From Octopus bimaculoides (Eukaryota), in NCBI RefSeq assembly GCF_001194135.2, contig NC_068982.1:63363640-63411963 (forward strand): a stretch of 48,324 nucleotides of DNA. The letters run 5' to 3'. Of this stretch, positions 11,060-23,163 are shown piece by piece (positions within the stretch are counted from its first letter, which is position 1; every line of letters begins with the position of its first letter). Below the pieces are notes generated by a model. The model did no database searches, was not told the DNA's origin, and was given only the letters and a program-made list of their open reading frames with translations. Made by a program: the position numbers and the translations under genes.

Positions 11060-12650
11060 TCCTCAAAAAACTCAAATTGCGAAACCTTGAAAGGCTTTAT
11101 AAATTTTCCCTCTATCTCTAATCAATTGTACCTGAAAAATTCCCATCAGTGTACCTCGTTTTCTTTTTTTTTTAAGAACCCAAGCATTCTAAGTTTAGCA
11201 CATGCGCCAAGAATAATAGGAACAAATGAAGATCTATAGACTGGATATAACGATTGAAGGTGTCTCAACAGATTTCCAGAGATGTTCTTTTCCCTAAATT
11301 TTAATGAGACATTCACATGCGCTTGACAACAGTATATGACTCATGTTCCTTGTTGGATACAGCTGTATCTGGCTTGTTGTGCTTACACCAGGTTGCTTTC
11401 TTTCTTGGAATATTCCACCAGCGTTCTTTACTTTTGAATGTGTGTATTCTGTCTGGTTCTGGAGTACAGCCGTCAGGACAAACCTTATTATGTATGGCAT
11501 TGTACAGAGTTAGTGACAATGTCATGTCCCAAGAGATTGTAGTATCGTGTGGACATTCTTGGACAGCTACTGATGATATCGAAGGTTACTGTCACAGGCT
11601 GGGGGCTTATAAGTATTTTTATCTTTTTTGTTAATATAGTATTTAGTAGACGTGTCTTGTTTTTGGATATCAACGGCGTAGCTTACTAAGTGAGTTGGGA
11701 TGACTTATTCTAGGTCCGGAAGAGGCTATTATTCTTGTGAATACTGTCAGCATCCCATAGCTAGCGGTTTTTGTACCAATCAATAATTTCTGTTGGTATA
11801 ATGTGTATTTCTCTTCCATACCTTTGTTTAAATAGGTCGATTCAGCCACCATTACAACAGCTGTACGCTCGAAGAACTTGTTCAGGAGTTCTTTACCTAA
11901 TTTCATGATGTTATTAACCTTCATTGTTGAGTATACACGTGATATACTCATTTCTCTCTTTACTGTTCAGTAGGGGATGTCAAAGTAGCATGATACACCA
12001 CTGAAATACCATGTTTCGCATCCACCTCACCAGCCTCTGTCACTATTGATGTGGAACTCACCAGTCATTGTTAATATTTTCCTAGTAGTGATGTTCAGTT
12101 TAAGGATTTCTTCAGTTTCCCAGTTTTATATATCACACTGGCTCCTAGAAAGCATTCGGTGATATAATTTTATTCATTGCAATTATATCCGAAATCTGCT
12201 CCAGTATTCTTTTGTTGCACTATACTCACAGAACCAACGTATTCAATATTTTTGTTCATTTTAAGGTACCTGCAACATTCACCACTGGTGATAGGGGAAA
12301 TAAAGAGGCCATTGATATCCAAATTCTTTGCATGGTCGACATCTTACTCATTTAACTATCAAATACGAACACTCGTTCTGACCAAACCCCATTCCAAATC
12401 CTCGAGTTCAGTATACGGTCACCAGCAAAAAGGATGTGGGAGACAAATCTTTCCTCTGGCAGACGAAAAGCATAACATAAGTTGTCAGCCTGAAATATCC
12501 CTGTTAATATCCATTCTGTTAATGACTGTGGGAGTAGCGTCAGTTCATATATATATCTTCGTGGGCCATGTTGTTGTCACCCAGTTAATGGCATTGGCTA
12601 TGACAAAAATTGTTCGATTTGGCACTCAATAAATGACACGAACGTTGGAT
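11060..12650 (-). mobile_element. Decayed R4/Dong-like (RLE) non-LTR retrotransposon: RT C-half, CCHC knuckle, restriction-like endonuclease
   Basis: Fragments across frames: GIFQADNL (cf. GIFQGDSLS), TRKILTMTGEFHINSD, IISSCPRMSTRYYNLLGHDIV, ERWWNIPRKKATWCKHNKPD (RLE PD motif), LQSLYPVYRSSFVPIILGA. Many stops and frameshifts. Confidence 0.8.
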
Positions 12651-13363
12651 CCTTTAAAACGAACCATAAAATATGTTTTATTGAAAATAAATTCACATTG
12701 GAATTATTAACATTTCATTATTTATTTTAGAGTAAAAGGAAGGTTGTAGTATTGGTTACATAGATATAGTTTAATAGTTACTTTCTCTATTAAACTTAGA
12801 TATTAAAGCTGATAGAAATAGCAATGATATTGGTAATAATGTTAGCTTTAATGATGATATTATTCATTACTCTCATTGTAAGAAGAATAAAATGATAATT
12901 ATGATATTATTACTGATAATAAGAACTTCAATATTGGTAAAGCTTCAAATGAAGAAAAAGGGGAGGAGCATATATTAATACTGATAGTAACAAAATTAGC
13001 CATCATAATATGATAGAGAAAAAGAAACTAACATAATGTTGCTGCTGATAAAAATATCGTAGGAGATAAAATTAATGAGGGTAGAAAATAAGATATTATT
13101 ACATTATGTTCTACGAACATAAAAGTAATCATTCTAGTGACAGAATGAGGACAATTCCAAAATTTGCGATCCTACCTGTCTATCAACAGATATTTTGAAA
13201 GCCTTAAAAGATATAAAGTATTTATATATTTAAAGAAAAGAAATTATAAGAAATTTTCAGAAGTGTGTTCTTAAATTTCCTTAATTTTTAAAGACGAAGA
13301 GTAAGAAAAGAATTATAGCTAACCAACTAGGATTATGTCTTTTATCATTAATCCTTTACCTGA

Positions 13364-13612
13364 TTACTTGTTTCAGTCATTCGACTGCGGCAATGCTGGG
13401 GCATCGCTTTGAAGGATTTAGTCGAATGAAATCGCCTCCATTACATAGTTTAAGTCTAGTATTTATTCTATACGACTCTTTTGACGAACTGCTAATTTAT
13501 GGGGACGTAAGCTTTCCATGTACTGAATTCAGACAAAGCATTGGCCGGCCCGAGACTATATTAGAAAGCCCAGGAAACTGTTCACTCGGATTGAACACGA
13601 AACCACGTGGTT
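13364..13612 (-). mobile_element. SINE family A, internally deleted, head lost in gap
   Basis: Reverse complement gives AACCACGTGGTTTCGTGTTCAATCC...TATAGTCTCGGGCCGGCCAATGC...GCCGCAGTCGAATGACTGAAACAAGTAA. Confidence 0.85.
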
Positions 13613-13741
13613 NNNNNNNNNNNNNNNNNNNNNNNNNNNNNNNNNNNNNNNNNNNNNNNNNNNNNNNNNNNNNNNNNNNNNNNNNNNNNNNNNNNNNNNN
13701 NNNNNNNNNNNNNNNNNNNNNNNNNNNNNNNNNNTATATAT

Positions 13742-13776
<35 letters not shown>

Positions 13777-14443
13777 CCTAGGTAATCTTATTTGTTGGGC
13801 ATCCGTTGTTCCTACCGCTCTGAACTTAATTTAAATAGGTCAGTCAATATAGAGTTCCTTAAGACTATATTTGGAATTCTTTGGTAACTAAATTACGGAA
13901 TGTATTGTTTCTCCCGCAAGTATGGAACGTTATAAGATAACCTTCGAGGTTTGAACGAAAATTAAATATTATGCAGATATATAAATAATGTCATTCTTCT
14001 TCATCGCTACGACATCAATGTATCTTCGTATGAGAGAAAACAAGTCCTCATCATAATCTTTTCAATTTAAAAGCCATAACATAAAGGAATAAATATTCTA
14101 AAGCAACATTAAAATCTACAATGTAGATTCCACATACAAAATATTCAACTTAACAAATTTTCAGCCTAGGATATCGAAATCCTTGAAATTAAATTAAAGT
14201 TCTTTAATGTGAATTTCAGTTGGAATATGCAAATATCTGAACAATTTAAATTAAAAGAGGTATTTCAGAAAGAAATGTTGTAGGGCTTCTGCATAACATT
14301 GGCATTGCGATAGCTTCAAGAAAATGAAGATCTAATGAACAAGATAATTAAAGAAACTAATGAATTCATCAAAGCTGGTCAATATAATGATTTACATTAT
14401 TCAACACTTCGTTTAGAAATGCGTGATGCATTAAAGAATCCTG

Positions 14444-14478
14444 ATATTAATATTATAGCAGCGCTATAATATTAATAT
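14444..14478. repeat. Perfect 16-bp inverted repeat with 3-nt loop
   Basis: ATATTAATATTATAGC-AGC-GCTATAATATTAATAT. Confidence 0.95.
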
Positions 14479-14831
14479 TATAGTAACGCTCATGTTTATA
14501 GCTATATTTTAATAAAATGGTTTGGTTAACTGTTTACGTTTTCATTCCGAGGCAAATTAGAAATTTTAATTACCTTCGCTTAATCTCATGCAAGCACACA
14601 GGCAGATTTGCATATACATATGTACTTAGACAGAAACCACGTACACATACATACGCACACAAACAAAATTTTCTTGAGAATGGGGTCATAAACCCGAAAT
14701 ATTGAATACAATGTAAGTCTACATTAATTCACATATTTGTTTTCTTATGATTTACTTCGCATTGTTTTGGCCTTACCCATGATCTTTTATAAAGTATACT
14801 CTACACAATGCTTCATAGTAATTATTCCATT

Positions 14832-14832
<1 letters not shown>

Positions 14833-14886
<54 letters not shown>

Positions 14887-15109
14887 CGTGTGTCTGTATA
14901 TATATATTATCCGAAATGTGTACAGCATTATATATCCATCGCGTCTGATCTTACCAATCGGTTTCGTGCTAAGAACACAACGGCGTGTTAAGTAACAATC
15001 AGATTATATAACCTTACGCTCCTCAGCATTACCCGTTACGGAATATGGCGACTACTCTCTATTGTCGGAGGCAAATGGACATATCCGGTTTGTGGTTGTT
15101 GCGAAAAGA

Positions 15110-15149
<40 letters not shown>

Positions 15150-15155
15150 GTGTGT

Positions 15156-15245
<90 letters not shown>
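14833..15245. repeat. (TG)n at 14833-14890 and (TA)n-(TG)n at about 15115-15245
   Basis: Directly visible. Confidence 0.97.
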
Positions 15246-15247
<2 letters not shown>

Positions 15248-15797
15248 CTATTTGTATCTATATGTATGTTTATACATGCAAATGACAAACTCACAAATTG
15301 TAATTATCCTATTCCTTTGATAATTATAAAGGAGTTGATTATTAAAATGGTTTATAGTAAAGCATTCATGAATATCGCTGTAAAATTTCTGAAAAGTCAT
15401 TTGATGATTTCTCCTTTTCTCTAATAAAACATCAATTAAGGATGTCCGCTGTTTAACGGCTAAAATCGAATACGTAGAAAAAGAAATTGCAACTTCTAAT
15501 GGTCTCAGTAACTTTTACTTTTACATACCACAAAAGGTTTCAAACAAAATAAGTACTTTTTTCCTAACCAAGTAGGAGTGAAACTTCCATAATTGTTTGG
15601 CCATATTCTAACGTGGACCAATTAATTTTGAATATCATCAAGTTTATTTTTTAGCTGGAACAAATCTAGAACAACTCTACCTGGACAGTGAATTGCTTAT
15701 TCCGGTGCTTGCATGAATATACATGCTGGCATAAACAAACTTTGAATTTTTTCTCTGTTAATCATGTAAGTTACTTGATCTACACATATATTATACT

Positions 15798-16187
15798 GTT
15801 GTTGTTGTTGGCATTCCGTCGCTTACGACGACAAGGGTTCCAGTTGATCCGATCAACGGAACAGCTTGCTCGTGAAATTAACGTGCAAGTGGCTGAGCAC
15901 TCCACAGACACGTGTACCCTTAACGTAGTTCTCGGGTATGTTCAGCGTGACACAGAGTGACAAGGCTGACCCTTTGAATTACAGGTACAACAGAAACAGG
16001 AAGTAAGAGTGAGAGAAAGTTGTGGTGAAAGAGTACAGCAGGGTTCGCCACCGTCCCCTGCTGGAGCCTCGTGGAGCTTTAGGTGTTTTCGCTCAATAAA
16101 CACTCACAACGACCAGTCTGTGAATCGAAACCGCTATCCTATGACCGCGAGTCCGCTACCCTAACCAGTGGGCCATTGCGCCTCCAC
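15798..16187 (-). mobile_element. tRNA-derived SINE family B, full length, with 11-bp TSD
   Basis: Reverse complement starts GGAGGCGCAATGGCCCACTGGTTAGGG...GGTTTCGATTC (A/B boxes) and ends GCCAACAACAACAAC. TSD TATATTATACT at 15787-15797 and 16188-16198. Confidence 0.95.
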
Positions 16188-17109
16188 TATATTATACTAA
16201 AGCATTCGAAAAACAAATGACGATGAAAGGGCATTTACTTGCAGCAATACTAGTAATGTAGGGAGAAAAAATGAGCCACTGATATTGGGCAGGCTTATAC
16301 ACGTATGTTTGTGTATGCCTGTGTGTGTGTACTTCTTGTGTAAGAGAGTGAGACTGCAAAGAGAGAGATGATGGAACGAAGGTATGGAAAAGAAAATGCG
16401 TAGATAGAATAATTAATTAGTGAGACAAAGAAACAGAAAAAGAGAGAATAAAATGGTCGGTAGTGTTGTTGCGTAACCCTATATGATGGTATTGTAAGGA
16501 AGACGTTCATTCATCCATATTTTAAGTGTGGGCTGAAATTAGAATGAGATTTGGCTGCTATTTCAAACAGATCACGAAGACCACATAAACGCATTTTTTC
16601 TGGGCTTCTATTTAATAGTGTGCATGTGCGTGCATGTATCTTTGTGTGTGTCTGTATGTATGTGTATGTGTGTATGCGTACGTGTATATACGTATATGTT
16701 TCTGTTAGTGTGTTGTGTGTGGTGGGGAGAGAGAGAGAGAGAGCGCGCTTGCATATATTATATTCATAGAAATTTAAAATTACAAGCATTAAAGAGACAT
16801 ATACATGCAATGATGAAATATAAATACAGAGAAATATATTAATGACAAGACATATTAGAAAAGTTATTAATTGGAGAGAATTACAACAGTAATTGAATAT
16901 ATATCTATTACAATAACTGACGATTCATACTTCATCTACATATAAATTTCACTTCAGACACACCCACGCACAGCTGTCGACTGTTAATTGGACAAACAAT
17001 TAACATCATGTTCATATGCAAGTCATTTTCATAATGTTATCACGAATTTATAGACACAGGCACGCTCATATATGTATACACACATGAATATATACAAATA
17101 TTTACCTCT

Positions 17110-17131
17110 CTCTCTATATATATATACATAC

Positions 17132-17206
<75 letters not shown>

Positions 17207-17236
17207 GAGAGAGAGACAGATAGATAGATAGATAGG

Positions 17237-17283
<47 letters not shown>

Positions 17284-17284
17284 G

Positions 17285-17330
<46 letters not shown>

Positions 17331-17350
17331 CAAACATACATACACACACA
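17110..17350. repeat. Compound (TA)n-(GA)n-(GATA)n microsatellite
   Basis: Directly visible; source of the LSIY-repeat ORFs. Confidence 0.97.
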
Positions 17351-17764
17351 CATTCACACACAAATATATGTGCAAATGTTTTGTGTGTATAATAATTAAA
17401 CATACATGAACTCCACAAGTTAAATCTTAATGTTTCTAATCAAAATGTCTATCTACTGAGAGTAATCTGTGAATAATTAGAAATTCGTTTGGAGTATGAC
17501 CAATGTCTATATGAAAAAAAGAAAGAGTGAAAGTTGCACACACCAATATGAAAAGAAAGAGTATACCTTTTTAACTTTACAGTTAAACAACTCGTTCGTC
17601 TAGTTGTACTGGTGAATATTTGTTTTGTTTTATTTTTTTTAGTCGGAGTAGAAAGATAAACAAGGTCTGATATGTTAGAATATAGTGAAGCCAACCGACA
17701 GTGAATATCAGAATATAAAACTACATAGAAATACAGCAAACATAATAATAATAATAATAATAAT

Positions 17765-17992
17765 CAGACAAATACATAACAAAAACACCTGGACTTACAA
17801 ATATATATAACATACAGAAAATAGCACTACTGGGCACTGCACACATCTACGTAAAACACTTTCAATACAGTAACCATAAGAGCATCACAGCAAACCACAG
17901 CACATACCCAAGGCACACAGAGCTGCGCTCGGTAGTGAAGTGAAAGCACGTTATAAAAATAAAACTACTGAATAATAATAATAATAAAACTA

Positions 17993-17995
<3 letters not shown>
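17765..17995 (+). mobile_element. 5'-truncated R4/Dong-like retrotransposon 3' end embedded in (AAT)n
   Basis: Translates as DKYITKTPGLTNIYNIQKIALLGTAHI, then after a 1-nt frameshift LRKTLSIQ* (stop 17871-17873), resembling the LQK..LLGTA.ILRK C-terminus of R4/Dong ORFs. (AAT)n lies on both sides (17742-17764 and 17996-18051). Confidence 0.75.
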
Positions 17996-18051
<56 letters not shown>

Positions 18052-18631
18052 NNNNNNNNNNNNNNNNNNNNNNNNNNNNNNNNNNNNNNNNNNNNNNNNN
18101 NNNNNNNNNNNNNNNNNNNNNNNNNNNNNNNNNNNNNNNNNNNNNNNNNNNNNNNNNNNNNNNNNNNNNNNNNNNNNNNNNNNNNNNNNNNNNNNNNNNN
18201 NNNNNNNNNNNNNNNNNNNNNNNNNNNNNNNNNNNNNNNNNNNNNNNNNNNNNNNNNNNNNNNNNNNNNNNNNNNNNNNNNNNNNNNNNNNNNNNNNNNN
18301 NNNNNNNNNNNNNNNNNNNNNNNNNNNNNNNNNNNNNNNNNNNNNNNNNNNNNNNNNNNNNNNNNNNNNNNNNNNNNNNNNNNNNNNNNNNNNNNNNNNN
18401 NNNNNNNNNNNNNNNNNNNNNNNNNNNNNNNNNNNNNNNNNNNNNNNNNNNNNNNNNNNNNNNNNNNNNNNNNNNNNNNNNNNNNNNNNNNNNNNNNNNN
18501 NNNNNNNNNNNNNNNNNNNNNNNNNNNNNNNNNNNNNNNNNNNNNNNNNNNNNNNNNNNNNNNNNNNNNNNNNNNNNNNNNNNNNNNNNNNNNNNNNNNN
18601 NNNNNNNNNNNNNNNNNNNNNNNNNNNNNNN

Positions 18632-18669
<38 letters not shown>

Positions 18670-18865
18670 TGCTTTTGTCCCCCTAGCATTGCTTGACAAC
18701 CGATGCTGGTGTGCTTATGTCCACGTCACTTAGCGGTTCGGCAAAAGAGACCGATAGAATAAGTACTAAGCTTACAAAGAATAAGTCCTGGGGTCGATTT
18801 GCTCCACTAAAGGCGGTGCTCCAGCATGGCCACAGTCAAATGACTGAAACAAGTAAAAGAATAAA
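18632..18865 (+). mobile_element. SINE family A 3' half (5' half probably in gap 18052-18631)
   Basis: GCTTGACAACCGATGCTGGTGTG...GATAGAATAAGTACT...TGACTGAAACAAGTAAAAGA, closely matching 4570-4742. Confidence 0.92.
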
Positions 18866-19124
18866 GGAGTATTTCCAAAGTATAGAAATAATAAAAGGGG
18901 TTTCTTGAGAGAACTTTTCACATTCTTTTAGTCGTACCTCAAAGAATTTTCTTTCTAATGGTATAGATTAAGTATCTCTTCGCTAAGAGGCAACCAACAA
19001 ATCGCGTACACATCGAAAGCATTTAGGAAAGCGTTTATATTCTTATGTAGCTTATGATTGCAGCGAAGGCATGCTATTGCCTTCTTATATATACATATAC
19101 ATATACATATACATCCTATCCAAC

Positions 19125-19345
19125 ATTGGTTTCAAATTTTGGCACAAACTCAACAATATCGAGTCAGCGGTTACGTCGAGTACATCGACCTCAGTGCTCA
19201 ATTGCTACTTATTTTATCGACCTTAAAGGATAAAGGGTAAAGTTAAACGTCGGTGGAATTTGAACTCAGAATGTAAAGACTGACGAAATGTCACCAAGCA
19301 TTTTTCCCGGTGAGCTAACGATTCTTCCATCTCGCCACCCTCTCG
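19125..19345 (-). mobile_element. SINE family C, full length, with about 15-bp TSD
   Basis: B-box-like GAGTTCAAATTCC on the minus strand. TCCTATCCAACATTG (19114-19128) vs TCCTATCCAATATTG (19346-19360). Confidence 0.88.
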
Positions 19346-19394
19346 TCCTATCCAATATTGATAATATTTATTAATATCACCAGATGCTCGAAAA

Positions 19395-19660
19395 ATTACA
19401 TAGTAACAGACATTTGAATCAACACAAGCCGGTATATGTTTTGTAAATGAGAGAAGGATAAAAAATGCAGTCGATTTTTTACTTCAATATAGCGTCCCAG
19501 AACATATATGAATGCCTATTTCTAACACTGAGTTGTTTCTGATAATGCCCCGCATTTACTTAATTCTGGCTTAAACGCCTTGACGTAAAGTATAGTAAGT
19601 TATAGCGACAACAATATTTCACTACTATCATGTAAGCTCTTTGAATCGATATTTAAAGCA
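19395..19660 (+). mobile_element. Probable Ty3/Gypsy integrase remnant
   Basis: IVTD, DFLLQYSVPEHI and VVSDNAPH resemble the rve core (F..YG.PE.IVSDNG.QF). Heavily decayed. A weak RT-like IRVSNVHFSIG occurs at about 21500. Confidence 0.5.
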
Positions 19661-20608
19661 AATTTCATGAAAACCGTGCCCTAGATTCTTACTGAAATTG
19701 GATAATATTGTGCTACAGATTCAAGACATAAATATAAGATATGGTAGCTATGAATATAACGCATTTACTATACTTGTTCATCGAGTACGTGGCAGAGCGC
19801 AACAACAATGGCATAAAATATTTCATACTAGTCTTCTTCCCAAGAACTGGCTAAATAAAATCATATCTCATTAGCTTTATTATATCATCTGCAAAAAATG
19901 ATAAGGACCGAGGAGCTAACAGAGTTAAAATGGTTAAAACCCAAAAACACAAGAGTATGTAGAAACTTGCTTAATTTTATGCTGCAGTATTTATCTGAAA
20001 ACTGATACAAGATTTACGAAAGATTACAGCCACGAAATCTATTCCAAACCACTTCTTATTAACTTGCTAATGACAGTTCCCTTTCCTTTTGACAAATGTT
20101 TTGATGCTAACAGCAGTAATGAAGCGCAACATTATTACTTGTGACTCTATTAAGATTGTAGCAGTTAATAATTATGAAGTTATTGCCGCTGTCTCTTCAA
20201 TTATATTTCTAATCTACTATCATAAAAATATGTTCCAACATTTGTGTATATCGCAAATATCAGAATCAAAGATTTTAACGAAATAATAATGTCAAAATGA
20301 TAGCGGCTACGCTTATCATATAACTATACAATTTCAAGGATCGAGTATAAAAAATATGAACATATATTCTTAAATATAGCAAAATTCCATTAATACAGCA
20401 GCATAATTTAGAATTTTTTAGTTTATTTGCGTGATGATTGCAAATGTACATAGTACATATGTACGATACCCGATGATATTATCTACTTCCATATCAAGAA
20501 TATCAAATAAAATTTAACAATATAGACAGGAATGGTAAAAAGATATCACATAAACCGGTATGTTCATTGCAAGTAATTCTAATGGATTCCGCTCCTCTTA
20601 GAGATTAG

Positions 20609-20986
20609 TTGGCACTCCGTCGCTTACGACGACGAGGGTTCCAGTTGATTCGACCAACGGAACAGCCTGCTCATGAAATTAACGTGCAAGTGGCTGAGCA
20701 CTCCACAGACACGTGTACCCTTAACGTAGTTCTCGGGGATATTCAGCGTGACACAGTATGACAAGGCTGACCCTTTGAATTACAGGCACAACAGAAACAG
20801 GAAGTAAGAGTGAGAGAAAGTTGTGGTGAAAGAGTAGAGCAGGGTTAGCCACCATCCCCTGCCGGAGCCTCGTGGAGCTTTATGTGTTTTCGCTCAATAA
20901 ACACTCACAATGCCCGGTCTGGGAATCGAAACCGTGATCTTATGACCACGAGTCCGCTGCCCTAACAACTGGGCCATTGCGCCTCC
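20609..20986 (-). mobile_element. SINE family B, full length, with 13-bp TSD
   Basis: Closely similar to 15798-16187. TCTTAGAGATTAG (20596-20608) vs TCTTAGAGGTTAG (20987-20999). Confidence 0.95.
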
Positions 20987-22389
20987 TCTTAGAGGTTAGA
21001 AGGCTTAGAAAAGTGTCAGGACAAACTGAGTCAGAAGGATGGTTTCGAGTGAAGGACTCGAATGATTCTCACTGAAGCAAATTATTTCCATAACCTATTT
21101 TTCTAGGGATATGAAAATTGCATGACACTGCCCAAACTTATTCCAAACCGCTTGAGATCCGCAACGTTTTGCATAATTAAAAACAATCCAGTTTGTGTCC
21201 CCACAGTTCGCAGTAATTTCTGCACGCTTAGGTACAAATTAACGTTGACCGTATCATTGATGCATTAAAAGATTTTACTAGAAACTAGCAAAACACAAAG
21301 TCAATAATGATATTCGAACAATATTCATTAAATCTTATACAAGTCATACGAGGAAAGTTTCATCATAAAGAAAACTAAACTCTAAAAAAGTATGGCATCG
21401 ATTTTTACGCAGCAATCAACTACATATAAGATTTTTAAAATTCCAAATTCAAGTAATTCAAAGGGAATCAATAGAAAGAGTTGACTGGAGATAAAAATCT
21501 ATACGCGTCTCGAATGTACACTTTTCTATAGGCTCTTCTCTGTTTAAATGCTTTCTAAACTGCTCTATTTAAATGTTTCTCCAATATCCGAAATACAATA
21601 ATTAAGCTCACTAACGATAGACAGTGGGCTTAGGATATTAAGCTAGACGAAGCATTTTAAATATTAATTTTCAAGATTAAACTGACGAAACTGAAATAAT
21701 TTTGTTTGCAAAATTTCAAAGAATGGTGATGCTATAACGGAAACTAATTAATCTAAACTATCAGGCTTTAAATTATTATTTTCAAAGATCATTGCCAGAC
21801 AGCTTACATTGATTGATTTGTGAAACATTCTAAAGAAATTATTAGCGAGAATGACGTGAAGTTTGAAAGACTTAAACCGTTTGTACACACACGTACACAG
21901 TGTTTTCCTCCTAGATGTTTTTCCTATCTTATCACTTAGAAAGCATTGCTTCCTTTCATATTTAAATATGTAAATAGTGATTTAATACAAATTACATATA
22001 ACATGACGCAGCCGATGACATCGAGGAAGATATTAAAGTAATAAATTTTCGTTTAGTTATCGCTTCATATCTAAACTGATGTACACAAATGACTATCACT
22101 GCCAACAATAACCCTATTAATAATCATGAAAGCAGTTTTTGTTTTTCAGAATCGCATCTTATATCACCAGGGTTTTTTTTTTTGTCAGTTTTCCTTGTGT
22201 TACATAGATAGGAGGTAAGCATTTTCCTTGGTTTGATGCTACTATATGTGAGGTACCACGTTTTCCATATGAGAATTTAAATTACAAACTTTTGTGTTAT
22301 TTGTGAACTTCCTACATTTGATCTCGAATAGTTAAATACCTTCCCTAGATTACAAATATTCAATAGACCCGGTGATAATCTCTTAATCT

Positions 22390-22510
<121 letters not shown>

Positions 22511-22936
22511 TATCTGTTTATCTGTGATATTTGTGCGTATTTGTGTGCATCTCTATTTACAAATATATATCGGAAATAGTTGGTCAGTTGATGACTCAGC
22601 TGATGCGTAGTGCACATGCATTCGTTCCGGCAATACTTATTCAATGGAGCTGTAGATTAGCTGAGGACTAGCTGAGCCAGGTCTCATTGGTGAAGGATGA
22701 TCAGTTGATGGAATATTTAGCAAACCAGAGATAGCCACGTTACCAGTAGGATCGTCTACTCTATTTGAATGGAAACCATGGAGATTATACGTGCAGTCGA
22801 GAAAGATTGTAATGCTCTGGCACCTGCTGTGTCAACTGGCGATAGATTTTCATGAGTATGATAGTTGTTCGGGGAAGGGAAATTGCTGTTCATTTTTATA
22901 TTTGATATTTGTCAGTTAGGCATAGCCTACAGTTAC

Positions 22937-23163
22937 TCTTCCACCACAACTTTCTCTCACTCTTTCTTCCTGTTTCTGTTGTACCTGTAATTGAAAGGGT
23001 CAGCCTTGTCACACTGTGTCACGCTGAATATCTCGGAGAACTACGTTAAAGGCACACGTGTCTGTGGAGTGCTCAGCCACTTGCACGTTAATTTCACGAG
23101 CAGGCTCTTCCGTTGATCGGATTAACTGGAACCCTCGACATCGTAAGCGACGGAGTGCCAACA
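22937..23163 (+). mobile_element. SINE family B, 5'-truncated, with 8-bp TSD
   Basis: Reverse complement of the 3' 230 bp of the other B copies; ACAGTTAC at 22929-22936 and 23164-23171. Confidence 0.93.

Noticed and set aside
16110-16185. tRNA-like sequence (also 20910-20986, 4367-4440, 38060-38145)
   Set aside because: These are SINE heads with A/B boxes attached to SINE bodies and TSDs; no complete cloverleaf.
22189-22214. Possible exon ending at GAG|GTAAGC
   Set aside because: Several competing acceptors (26, 7 or 3 nt exons) and no supporting homology; indistinguishable from chance.
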